Source of the DNA: an uncultured Lachnospiraceae bacterium
GTDB taxonomy: Bacteria; Bacillota; Clostridia; Oscillospirales; CAG-272
DNA: 64,000 bases
Reading direction: 5' to 3'
Assembly (NCBI GenBank): GCA_964490165.1
Contig: CAZBAR010000008.1
Span: 915 to 64,914, forward strand
This document shows positions 1 through 8,473 of this stretch, one piece after another. Made by a program: the position numbers and the translations under genes. Under the pieces are notes generated by a model. It made no database searches. It had not been told where the DNA came from and saw nothing but the letters and a program-made list of their open reading frames with translations. The stretch's first letter is position 1. Each line of letters starts with the position of its first letter.

Positions 1-278
1 GGCATTTTGTCGTCGTTGATGATAACTGCTGCGTTTTCATCAAATTTAATGTAAGAACCGTCGGCACGGCGAAGTCCCTTTACGCTTCTTACTATAACAG
101 CCTTGACAACGTCGCCTTTCTTTACGACGCCGCCGGGAGCTGCCTTCTTTACAGCACATACAACAACATCGCCGATGTTGCCGTAGCGTCTGCCGGAGCC
201 GCCAAGCACTCTGATGCACATAAGCTCTTTTGCACCGGTGTTGTCAGCTACCTTCATTAGTGACTGCTGCTGAATCAT
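1..278 (-). CDS. rplN: 50S ribosomal protein L14 (N-terminal ~92 codons; 3' end lies outside the window)
   Basis: Hand translation of the minus strand from ATG at 276-278 gives [65 protein letters not shown]..., a canonical L14 sequence. It lies directly downstream of rpsQ. Confidence 0.95.
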   Translation of the reverse strand, partial: MIQQQSLMKVADNTGAKELMCIRVLGGSGRRYGNIGDVVVCAVKKAAPGGVVKKGDVVKAVIVRSVKGLRRADGSYIKFDENAAVIINDDKM

Positions 279-347
279 TTATCAGAAGTCCTCCTGTGTT
301 AATTTTCGGTATGCTCTTTGACATACTCTGTTAAGGAGCGGTGAATA

Positions 348-611
348 TTACTTCGCCTTCTCGATGATCTCAACAAGACGCCATCTCTTTGTTGCAGAGA
401 GAGGTCTTGTTTCCATAACCTTTACGGTATCTCCGATGCCGCACTCATTCTTTTCGTCATGAGCGTGGATCTTAACGGTTCTCTTAATGATCTTGCCGTA
501 AGTGGGATGCTTTACATTATCGGCTATTGCTACAACGATGGTCTTGTCCATCTTGTCGCTGACAACCTTGCCCACTCTGGTCTTTCTCAGTGCGCGTGTT
601 TCGTCTGCCAT
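348..611 (-). CDS. rpsQ: 30S ribosomal protein S17
   Basis: 87-aa [30 protein letters not shown]... typical of S17. Operon position is between rpmC and rplN. Confidence 0.96.
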   Translation of the reverse strand: MADETRALRKTRVGKVVSDKMDKTIVVAIADNVKHPTYGKIIKRTVKIHAHDEKNECGIGDTVKVMETRPLSATKRWRLVEIIEKAK

Positions 612-623
612 CTCAGTACCCCC

Positions 624-812
624 TTACGCATTCTTCTCGCCGAGAATTGTCATTACTCTGGCGATATCTTTCTTCACATCCGCAATCTTGTGGGGGTTCT
701 CAAGCTGGTTGATCGCGTGCTGGAAGCGAAGATTGAAAAGTTCCTTCTTCAGGTCGGTCAGCTTAGCGCTGAGATCTGAAACGGACATAGCTCTAAGTTC
801 AGTTGCTTTCAC
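624..812 (-). CDS. rpmC: 50S ribosomal protein L29
   Basis: 62-aa [34 protein letters not shown]... typical of L29. Operon position fits. Confidence 0.95.
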   Translation of the reverse strand: MKATELRAMSVSDLSAKLTDLKKELFNLRFQHAINQLENPHKIADVKKDIARVMTILGEKNA

Positions 813-815
813 AGC

Positions 816-1247
816 TTATCCCTCCAATTCCTTATCAAGCTGCTCCTTAGTGGCGAAACGACACTTAATGGGGAGCTTGTGCATTGCGAGACGCATTGCT
901 TCTCTTGCGATTTCCTCTGATACGCCGTTCATCTCGAACATTACGCGGCCGGGCTTAACTACGGCTACCCAATATTCGGGAGAACCTTTACCGGAACCCA
1001 TTCGGGTCTCAGCAGGCTTCTCGGTGATGGGCTTATCGGGGAATATCTTTATCCATACCTTACCGCCACGCTTAGTGTAACGGGTCATTGCTATACGGGC
1101 TGCCTCGATCTGGTTGCTGGTGATCCATGCGGGCTCCAGCGCGATAAGACCGTAGGTACCGTTTGTAATTCTGTTACCGCGAAGAGCGCGTCCCTTAAGA
1201 CGGCCTCTGTGTACTCTGCGGTACTTTACTCTCTTCGGCATTAACAT
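816..1247 (-). CDS. rplP: 50S ribosomal protein L16
   Basis: 143-aa ORF starting [16 protein letters not shown], the canonical L16 N-terminus. Its start overlaps the rpsC stop. Confidence 0.97.
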   Translation of the reverse strand: MLMPKRVKYRRVHRGRLKGRALRGNRITNGTYGLIALEPAWITSNQIEAARIAMTRYTKRGGKVWIKIFPDKPITEKPAETRMGSGKGSPEYWVAVVKPGRVMFEMNGVSEEIAREAMRLAMHKLPIKCRFATKEQLDKELEG

Positions 1248-2089
1248 TATCGTGCGCCCCCTTCTTTATTTTCTCTGGGTGCGCGAGGTGCTCTGTTATC
1301 ACGGGGACCTCTGTTATCACGTCTGTCGCCGCGAGGACCTCTGTTATCGCGTCTGTCACCGCCACGACGGTTGTCACGGCGATCGCCGCGTCTGTCGTTC
1401 TTGCGGTTCTGCTGCTGACGGCGCTCTTCAGATGCACCTGTCTGAATTCTTGCTACCTCGGGAAGAACCTCACCCTTGAAGATCCAGACCTTAACGCCGA
1501 TCTTACCGTAGGTGGTGTTTGCCTCCCAGAAACCGTAGTCGATATCTGCACGGAGAGTCTGCAGAGGAATGGTACCCTCATGATACTGCTCTGTACGTGC
1601 GATTTCAGCTCCGCCGAGACGGCCGGAAACTGCGATCTTGATACCCTTTGCGCCCATACGCATTGTGCGGCCGATAGCCTGCTTCATTGCGCGGCGGAAA
1701 CCGATACGGCGCTCAAGCTGGCTTGCAATGTTCTCTGCAACAAGCTGTGCGCTCATCTCTACGGGCTTTACTGCGATTACGTTAAGAGAAACAGGAGTGC
1801 CTGTCATCTTCTCAACTTCAGCTCTGAGCTTCTCTATCTCAGTACCGTCGCGGCCGATGATCATACCGGGCTTTGCACAGTGGATGTAGATGCGCATCTT
1901 TCCGGTATTGTCTCTCTCGATTTCGATCTTCGGAATGCCGGCGCTGAGAAGACGCTTCTTCAGGTAATTTCTTACCTTGTAGTCATTTACCAGAGTATCG
2001 CCGAAGACTTCGTCTTTTGCGTACCATCTGGAGTCCCAGTTCTTAATTACGCCCACTCTGAGACCGTGGGGATTAACCTTCTGACCCAT
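1247..2089 (-). CDS. rpsC: 30S ribosomal protein S3 with a ~60-aa Arg/Asp-rich repetitive C-terminal extension
   Basis: 280-aa [27 protein letters not shown]... with KH and S3-C regions. The tail is [40 protein letters not shown]. Confidence 0.96.
   Translation of the reverse strand: MGQKVNPHGLRVGVIKNWDSRWYAKDEVFGDTLVNDYKVRNYLKKRLLSAGIPKIEIERDNTGKMRIYIHCAKPGMIIGRDGTEIEKLRAEVEKMTGTPVSLNVIAVKPVEMSAQLVAENIASQLERRIGFRRAMKQAIGRTMRMGAKGIKIAVSGRLGGAEIARTEQYHEGTIPLQTLRADIDYGFWEANTTYGKIGVKVWIFKGEVLPEVARIQTGASEERRQQQNRKNDRRGDRRDNRRGGDRRDNRGPRGDRRDNRGPRDNRAPRAPRENKEGGAR
1274..1390 (-). repeat. Imperfect in-frame tandem repeats (~30 nt) encoding the (G)DRRDNR(GP)R tail of S3
   Basis: The plus strand shows repeated units GACCTCTGTTATC(A/G)CGTCTGTC(G/A)CCGC. 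Confidence 0.8.
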
Positions 2090-2104
2090 GTTCGTCTACC
2101 TCCT

Positions 2105-2449
2105 TCATTCCTTTTCCTTCACCGCGATGGTGATGTGGCTTGTTCTCTTCAGTATTCTGTCTGCGCTGCCTTTACCGCGGGGCATCATTCTCTTAAGAGT
2201 CATGCCGGGGGTTACGTAGCACTCAGACACGTAAAGTCTTTCTTTATCCATACCGAAGTTATTGTCTGCGTCTGCAACCGCTCTGTCAAGCAGCTTGATG
2301 AGAACCTCACACGCTACCTTGGGAGTAGTCTTCAGAATACCGCGTGCAACCTCTACATCTTTGCCGCGGATAAGATCCAGAACGATCTTTACCTTACGGG
2401 GGGAGATGCGGACAAACTTCAGATTAGATCTTGCTTCTTTAGCTTCCAT
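2105..2449 (-). CDS. rplV: 50S ribosomal protein L22
   Basis: The ORF contains MEAKEARSNLKFVRISPRKVKIVLDLIRGK, an L22 sequence. The first ATG (2458) is only 2 nt from the GGAGG, so the second ATG (2449) is preferred. Confidence 0.93.
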   Translation of the reverse strand: MEAKEARSNLKFVRISPRKVKIVLDLIRGKDVEVARGILKTTPKVACEVLIKLLDRAVADADNNFGMDKERLYVSECYVTPGMTLKRMMPRGKGSADRILKRTSHITIAVKEKE

Positions 2450-2469
2450 TTCGTACATTTCCTCCCTTA

Positions 2470-2751
2470 TTACTTACCGTTGTTGGACGTCTTGGAGCCT
2501 GCGTGGCCCTTGAAAGTACGTGTAGGAGCAAACTCACCGAGCTTGTGACCTACCATATCCTCAGTTACATAAACCGGAATATGCTTTCTACCGTCGTGAA
2601 CAGCGATTGTGTGTCCCACGAATTCGGGGAATATGGTGGATGCTCTTGACCAAGTCTTGAGCACCTTCTTCTCACCCTTTTCGTTCATAGCGCATACGCG
2701 AGCGTACAGCTTTTCTTCAACGAAGGGTGCCTTCTTAAGACTTCTGCTCAT
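2470..2751 (-). CDS. rpsS: 30S ribosomal protein S19
   Basis: 93-aa [18 protein letters not shown]...[30 protein letters not shown], an S19 sequence. Confidence 0.97.
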   Translation of the reverse strand: MSRSLKKAPFVEEKLYARVCAMNEKGEKKVLKTWSRASTIFPEFVGHTIAVHDGRKHIPVYVTEDMVGHKLGEFAPTRTFKGHAGSKTSNNGK

Positions 2752-2767
2752 TTATTTAGCTCCTTCC

Positions 2768-3598
2768 TCACTTGCTGTTTCTGCGCTTTACGATGAACTT
2801 ATCGGTTCTTGCCTTCTTGTTACGGGTCTTATAACCCAGAGCAGGCTTACCCCAGGGGGTAACAGGGCCGGGACGACCGATGGGAGAACGTCCTTCACCA
2901 CCACCGTGGGGGTGATCGCAGGGGTTCATTACGGAACCGCGTACTGTAGGACGGATGCCCATGTGACGCTTACGTCCGGCCTTACCGATCTTAACGGTGT
3001 CGTGCTCAACGTTGGAGACCTGACCGATAGTTGCCTTACAGTCCATACGGATGTAGCGCACCTCACCGGAGGGAAGTCTTACCTGAGCCATGGAGCCTTC
3101 CTTAGCCATCAGCTGAGCCTGTGTACCTGCACTTCTTACGAGCTGTGCGCCCTTGCCGGGATAAAGCTCTACGTTATGGATGAAGGTACCTACGGGGATA
3201 GCGGATATAGGCAGAGTGTTACCTGCTTTGATATCTGCGTTCGCACCGGAGTAAAGGGTCATGCCGTCGGTTACGCCGACAGGGCAGATGATATAGCTCT
3301 TGTTGCCGTCGTCATCCTGAAGGAGTGCGATGTAAGCTGTTCTGTTAGGGTCGTACTCAACGCCGATAACAGTTGCGGGCTTATCGCTCTGACGCTTAAA
3401 GTCGATCAGACGGTACTTCTGACGGTTTCCGCCGCCCTTGTGGCGAACGGTGATTCTGCCGTAGCTGTTGCGGCCGGCATACTTCTTCTTAACTGTGATA
3501 AGGCTCTTCTCAGGAGTCTTTTTTGTAATTTCCTCAAAGGAGGGAACCGACATATTTCTTCTTGCCGGCGATGTAGGCTTATACTTGATTGTAGGCAT
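2768..3598 (-). CDS. rplB: 50S ribosomal protein L2
   Basis: 276-aa [21 protein letters not shown]...[14 protein letters not shown], an L2 sequence. Confidence 0.97.
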   Translation of the reverse strand: MPTIKYKPTSPARRNMSVPSFEEITKKTPEKSLITVKKKYAGRNSYGRITVRHKGGGNRQKYRLIDFKRQSDKPATVIGVEYDPNRTAYIALLQDDDGNKSYIICPVGVTDGMTLYSGANADIKAGNTLPISAIPVGTFIHNVELYPGKGAQLVRSAGTQAQLMAKEGSMAQVRLPSGEVRYIRMDCKATIGQVSNVEHDTVKIGKAGRKRHMGIRPTVRGSVMNPCDHPHGGGEGRSPIGRPGPVTPWGKPALGYKTRNKKARTDKFIVKRRNSK

Positions 3599-3612
3599 TT
3601 TCTACTTCCTCC

Positions 3613-3906
3613 TTAGTTCATTCCCTCAAAGAACTCGATCGTCTTAGAGTCAGCCTTAAGGGTTACGATAGCCTTAGTCCACGCTGAGGTGTAGCCGCTC
3701 TGATAACGGAGTCTTTTGGGTTTTCTTTTCATATTGATGGTATTTACCTTTGCTACCTTAACGCCGAACAGCTCTTCAACCGCTGCTGCGATCTCGGGCT
3801 TTGTTGCGTCGGGAGCAACCTTGAAGGTATACTTCTTGGAGGCGATACCGTCCATAGCCTTCTCAGTGATGATAGGCTTCAGAATGATGTCCTGTGCAAG
3901 CTTCAT
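3613..3906 (-). CDS. rplW: 50S ribosomal protein L23
   Basis: 97-aa ORF MKLAQDIILKPIITEKAMD..., an L23 sequence. It overlaps the rplD stop by 4 nt. Confidence 0.95.
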   Translation of the reverse strand: MKLAQDIILKPIITEKAMDGIASKKYTFKVAPDATKPEIAAAVEELFGVKVAKVNTINMKRKPKRLRYQSGYTSAWTKAIVTLKADSKTIEFFEGMN

Positions 3907-4529
3907 TTTGAATATACCTCCTCGATCTTTTCGACCGCTGCCTTAGCAGCGATGAGAGAGTCGCAGTTCAGTATATCGTATACGTTGATCTCGTTATACT
4001 GCGAAACCTTGACGCCCTCGATGTTGCGAAGGCTTGCGATAGCCGCCTTGTCGTTCTCTGCGAGAACTACGAGCGCCTTCTTGCCCGCCTTTACATCTGC
4101 AAGCATCTTAGCCATGGTCTTTGTCTTGTACTCAGTTGCCTTGATCTCGTCAACAACGATCATCTCGTCGCCTGCGACCTTTGCGCTGAGTGCGCTGAAC
4201 ATAGCAAGTCTCTTGATCTTCTTGTTCATCTTTACCTTATAGCTGCGGGGCTTGGGTCCGAGTGCTACGCCGCCGTGTGTCCACTGGGGAGAGCGTGTGG
4301 AGCCCTGTCTTGCACGTCCGCTGCCCTTCTGTCTCCAGGGCTTCTTACCGCCGCCGGAAACTTCTGTGCGGGTCAGAGTGGACTGTGTGCCCTGTCTCTG
4401 ATTCATAAGGTAAGCTCTTACAGCAGAATGGAGGATGCTTGTCTTGACCTCTGCGCCGAATACGGTGTCGGACAGTGTCATCTTACCGACTTCAGCACCT
4501 GCCATATTCAATACTTTAATTTCAGGCAT
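3903..4529 (-). CDS. rplD: 50S ribosomal protein L4
   Basis: 208-aa ORF with GGGKKPWRQKGSGRARQGSTRSPQW, the L4 signature. Confidence 0.96.
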   Translation of the reverse strand: MPEIKVLNMAGAEVGKMTLSDTVFGAEVKTSILHSAVRAYLMNQRQGTQSTLTRTEVSGGGKKPWRQKGSGRARQGSTRSPQWTHGGVALGPKPRSYKVKMNKKIKRLAMFSALSAKVAGDEMIVVDEIKATEYKTKTMAKMLADVKAGKKALVVLAENDKAAIASLRNIEGVKVSQYNEINVYDILNCDSLIAAKAAVEKIEEVYSK

Positions 4530-4549
4530 TTGTTACTCCTCCTTCCGAC

Positions 4550-5182
4550 TTATGCTTTAACACTGTCGCGGATGAATACGATGCCGCCCTTAGCGCCGGG
4601 AACGGCACCCTTGACTGCTATCAGACCCTTTTCCGCGTCAATCTTAATTACTTCAAGATTAAGAACGGTTACCTGTTCGTTACCGTACTGACCGGCCATC
4701 TTCTTGTTCTTATACACACGAGAGGGGGTTGAGCAAGCGCCCATTGAACCAACCTGACGGTGGATAGGACCGGTACCGTGAGTCATTCTCAGAATGTGGT
4801 TGCCCCATCTCTTGACCGCACCGGTATAACCGCGGCCTTTTGTAATGCCAGTAATGTCGACCTTCTCGCCTGCGGCGAAGGTATCGGCGGCCACTACATC
4901 GCCTACGTTCATATCAGCAGCGCCCTCAAGACGGAATTCCTTAAGGTGTCTCTTTGCAGAAACGCCTGCCTTCTTGAAATGACCTGCAGCCGGCTTGGTA
5001 ACCAGCTTTTCTCTGATGTCCTCGAAGCCGAGCTGTACGGCATCGTAGCCATCATTCTCCGCAGTCTTCTTCTGAACTACGAAGCAGGGACCGGCTTCGA
5101 TCACTGTTACGGGGATCGCTGCGCCGTTGTCCGCGAAGATCTGGGTCATACCCAGCTTTCTTCCGATGATTCCTTTTTTCAT
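4550..5182 (-). CDS. rplC: 50S ribosomal protein L3
   Basis: 210-aa [19 protein letters not shown]..., the canonical L3 N-terminus. Confidence 0.96.
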   Translation of the reverse strand: MKKGIIGRKLGMTQIFADNGAAIPVTVIEAGPCFVVQKKTAENDGYDAVQLGFEDIREKLVTKPAAGHFKKAGVSAKRHLKEFRLEGAADMNVGDVVAADTFAAGEKVDITGITKGRGYTGAVKRWGNHILRMTHGTGPIHRQVGSMGACSTPSRVYKNKKMAGQYGNEQVTVLNLEVIKIDAEKGLIAVKGAVPGAKGGIVFIRDSVKA

Positions 5183-5379
5183 CGTTATTTTCCTCCTGAT
5201 AAGGTTATTGGTTGATACTGCTTGTTTTTCCGCCAGCCTCGCGGAAGCATCAACGTGACCTTTCCGCCATCAAGCGCTTTATATAATAATCGGAAGTAAC
5301 GGTTCCGAAGCATCAAACCGTGGTTTGAACTGCTGCGCTCTGTACGTGGAAATGTTATCGGCTTTGCCTGTTCTGAGAC

Positions 5380-5691
5380 TTATTTAACTTCTTTTGCTTC
5401 GATCTCAACGCCGGCGGGAAGTTCAACGCCCAGAAGCGCTTCAACTACCTTTGCGTCAGCATTCTCAAGGACGATGAGTCTCTTGTGGGTGCGCTGTTCG
5501 AACTGCTCGCGGCTGTCCTTATACTTGTGGACTGCACGGAGAATGGTCACAACTTCCTTCTCGGTAGGGAGCGGAATAGGACCTGAAACCTCAGCGCCGT
5601 TTCTCTTAGCGATTTCTACGATCTTTGCAGCCGCATTATCAACCAGAGTGTGCTCATAGCTCTTAAGTCTTACCTTAATTTTAGTTGCCAC
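5380..5691 (-). CDS. rpsJ: 30S ribosomal protein S10
   Basis: The ORF contains [17 protein letters not shown]...RTHKRLIVL, an S10 sequence. The track ORF begins at 5736, but a GTG at 5689-5691 lies 8 nt after AGGAGG and gives the normal ~103-aa length. Confidence 0.93.
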   Translation of the reverse strand: MATKIKVRLKSYEHTLVDNAAAKIVEIAKRNGAEVSGPIPLPTEKEVVTILRAVHKYKDSREQFEQRTHKRLIVLENADAKVVEALLGVELPAGVEIEAKEVK

Positions 5692-6493
5692 TTTTTTTGC
5701 CTCCTGTTTTTCTTTGATGAGGCGACGAACACGCATCCGGGCGTTTCCGCGCCCTCCTCAAGTAATCCGGATCTTGCATACTGCACACTGCAGTCCGATC
5801 CGGAGCCTGACAGGCGCACCTTACACACTTTCGGCTGCCCGTACCTGCTCATATTCGCCCTCGCCCGCCTTATGGCGGACATACTCCACGGAAATTTCCC
5901 GCCCCACCGTAGCATAGTGGGCGGCCACCTCCCGCTTCATCGCACATCAAGCTCTGTTATTTTACCATACACTACATATAATTGCAAGCAAAGCAGTGAA
6001 ATTTCTTCCATAAATCGATTGAAAAATTTCGAGAAATTTTCTTTACTTTTTTGTGCATATTTGACAATAGATTTGTATATTGTGTTTTTGAATGTTTTTT
6101 CGTACTATATTTTGTTTTTGAATGTTCTTTATTTATTTATCGCTTTCTTTTTGTGAAAAAAGAAAGCTGGAAAGAAAAATCTTTCAAGGGAAGAAACGAC
6201 GTTTCTTCCCTTGAAAATCCTATTTTCCTTTTTGCTTCCGGAGGAAGCATAGCTAAGTTTACAGCAAAGCGTTAGGGGCTATTGCCCAATATTGTTTGAT
6301 TGATACTAACGTGTACTTCCCGCAGGGAAGTAAGAGGGAGTTTTCCAAGAGGGATACCTCCCTCTTGGATACCCTTTTCTTTGTAACTTTCTTTTTGGTA
6401 CGAAAAAGAAAGTTTGAAAAATAAAGTTTCTTGAACTATTCTTTTCGCCAAAAGAAAGTTAAAATAAAATTTGCCATAACAATGATAACAATA

Positions 6494-8473
6494 TCATTCC
6501 AGCTCGAAAGCTCCTGTATAAAGCTGATAATACGTTCCCTTTGCGGCAACAAGATCATCGTGGGTGCCGCGCTCGATAATACGGCCGTGATCAAGCACCA
6601 TTATAACGTCTGAATTCATAACAGTTGACAGTCTGTGAGCTATAACAAACACAGTCCTGCCCTCCATGAGCTTATCCATACCGCGCTGAACTATTGCCTC
6701 GGTACGGGTGTCAATGGAGCTTGTCGCCTCGTCAAGGATCATAACAGGCGGATCGGCAACCGCTGCGCGGGCGATAGCTATAAGCTGGCGCTGACCCTGC
6801 GACAGATTGGAGCCGTTGTTTGACAGCATCGTATTATATCCGTCGGGAAGTCGGGTAATGAAGTCATCTGCGCCTGAAAGCTTTGCAGCTTCCTTACATT
6901 CCTCATCAGTAGCCTCGAGTCTGCCGTAGCGGATATTGTCAAGCACCGTGCCCGTAAACAGGTTAGTCTCCTGCAAAACGATGCCGAGAGAGCGCCTGAG
7001 ATCGGACTTCTTTATCTTATTGACATTGATTCCGTCATAGCGGATCTTACCGTCTGCAATATCGTAGAAGCGGTTTATAAGGTTAGTGATAGTCGTTTTG
7101 CCTGCGCCCGTAGCGCCTACAAAAGCGACCTTCTGACCGGGCTCGGCATAAACGCTTACATCGTGCAAAACGTCCTTGCCCTCTTCATATCCGAAGTCCA
7201 CCTCGGTAAGGCGAACATCACCTGTAAGAGGTGTGTATGTGACGGTACCGTCGTTGTGGGGATGCTTCCACGCCCACTTGCCGGTGTGACTGTCACACTC
7301 AACGGCATTGCCGTTTTCGTCCTCGCGAATATTTACAAGCGTAACATATCCGTCATCCACCTCAGGGGCGGAGTCCATAAGCTCGAACACACGTCCTGCG
7401 CCCGCCATACCCATAACGATCATATTGATCTGCTGAGATACCTGATTAAGGTTACCTGTAAACTGCTTTGTCATATTAAGGAAGGGAACTACCATTGAAA
7501 TAGAGAACGCCATTCCCGAAAATCCCACATTAGGCACATTAAGTGTAATGAACAGTCCGCCTGCAAGTGCACACAAAACATACAGGATATTACCTATATT
7601 CATTATAATAGGGCCGAGAGAGTTTGCGTAAGCATGAGCGCGGAAGCTGTCGTTGAACAGCTCGTCATTGATCTTATCAAAATCCTCGGAAACCTTTTCC
7701 TCGCGGCTGAAGACCTTAACGACCTTCTGACCGTTCATCATCTCCTGCACGAAGCCCTCTGTCTTAGCCACGGAACGCTGCTGGCGCACAAAGTAGGTAG
7801 CACTGCCGCCGCCTATCTTCTTTGTTACGAAAAGCATTAACACAACGCCGACAGCAACCACCAATGTCATCCACACGCTGTAATAAAGCATTATGAACAG
7901 CACCGCAAGCACAACTATGCCTGATTGCAGCACGCTGGGCAAGGACTGAGACACCAGCTGACGCAGCGTATCAATATCGTTGGTATAGTGGCTCATAATA
8001 TCGCCGTGCTTGTTTGTATCAAAGAATTTGATAGGCAGGTTCTGCATTCCGTCAAACATGGCGCGGCGCATTTTGTCCAGAAATCCCTGAGTAATATACG
8101 CCATTATCTGAGACTCCAGAGTTATAAGCGAAATGGAGACAATATAAAGCGCAATAAGTATTCCAACCATGGGAACTATTTCTGTCCTTGCAACATCCCA
8201 CGACATATTGCCGGCGCTTACGTACTGATCAACAACGGCAAGCACCTTTTGCATAAACACTGAGGGAATAGCGTTTACCATAGCGTAAAATACAAGGCAC
8301 ACAATAACAATAGGCATCAGAACGGGATAGAAGCTGAAAAGCATTTTTATAATGCGCTTCAGGTGCTGCGCCTGAAATTCCGGCTTGCCCTTGCCGCCTG
8401 CCGGGGGCATTCCTCTGTTTCCATTCATAGGACCTCTACTCACTGTCAGCACCTCCTTTTGTCTGCTGCTCAT
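6494..8473 (-). CDS. ABC exporter, fused permease/ATPase (second subunit of a heterodimeric multidrug-type exporter)
   Basis: Six-TM exporter domain followed by an NBD: Walker A GATGAGKTT, signature LSQGQRQ, Walker B MILDEATSSID. The more likely start is ATG 8428, just after the upstream stop and preceded by AGAGG. Confidence 0.88.
   Translation of the reverse strand: MSSRQKEVLTVSRGPMNGNRGMPPAGGKGKPEFQAQHLKRIIKMLFSFYPVLMPIVIVCLVFYAMVNAIPSVFMQKVLAVVDQYVSAGNMSWDVARTEIVPMVGILIALYIVSISLITLESQIMAYITQGFLDKMRRAMFDGMQNLPIKFFDTNKHGDIMSHYTNDIDTLRQLVSQSLPSVLQSGIVVLAVLFIMLYYSVWMTLVVAVGVVLMLFVTKKIGGGSATYFVRQQRSVAKTEGFVQEMMNGQKVVKVFSREEKVSEDFDKINDELFNDSFRAHAYANSLGPIIMNIGNILYVLCALAGGLFITLNVPNVGFSGMAFSISMVVPFLNMTKQFTGNLNQVSQQINMIVMGMAGAGRVFELMDSAPEVDDGYVTLVNIREDENGNAVECDSHTGKWAWKHPHNDGTVTYTPLTGDVRLTEVDFGYEEGKDVLHDVSVYAEPGQKVAFVGATGAGKTTITNLINRFYDIADGKIRYDGINVNKIKKSDLRRSLGIVLQETNLFTGTVLDNIRYGRLEATDEECKEAAKLSGADDFITRLPDGYNTMLSNNGSNLSQGQRQLIAIARAAVADPPVMILDEATSSIDTRTEAIVQRGMDKLMEGRTVFVIAHRLSTVMNSDVIMVLDHGRIIERGTHDDLVAAKGTYYQLYTGAFELE

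Noticed and set aside
1580-3616. Long plus-strand ORFs (1580-2548, 2609-3616) across the S10 operon
   Set aside because: They lie antisense to unmistakable ribosomal protein genes (S3, L22, S19, L2). They have low-complexity, Cys/Leu-rich translations and no SD. They are shadow ORFs typical of GC-rich coding DNA.
5800-5860. Weak resemblance of CCUGUCAGGCUCCGGAUCGGACUGCAG (minus strand) to the SRP RNA domain IV motif
   Set aside because: The tetraloop and symmetric-loop nucleotides do not fit. The resemblance is limited to a few GC-rich positions.
5650-6156. ORFs 5650-6156(+), 5670-5915(-) and 5714-5917(+) in the rpsJ upstream region
   Set aside because: They overlap one another and the rpsJ start out of frame, lack an RBS, and have biased composition. 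The region is better explained as a structured untranslated leader plus an AT-rich promoter tract.
6140-6440. CRISPR array hypothesis for the dense repeats here and at 11.6, 33.3, 39.2 and 54.7 kb
   Set aside because: The repeats are palindromic hairpins of varying sequence with no regular repeat-spacer periodicity. No cas genes are in the window.
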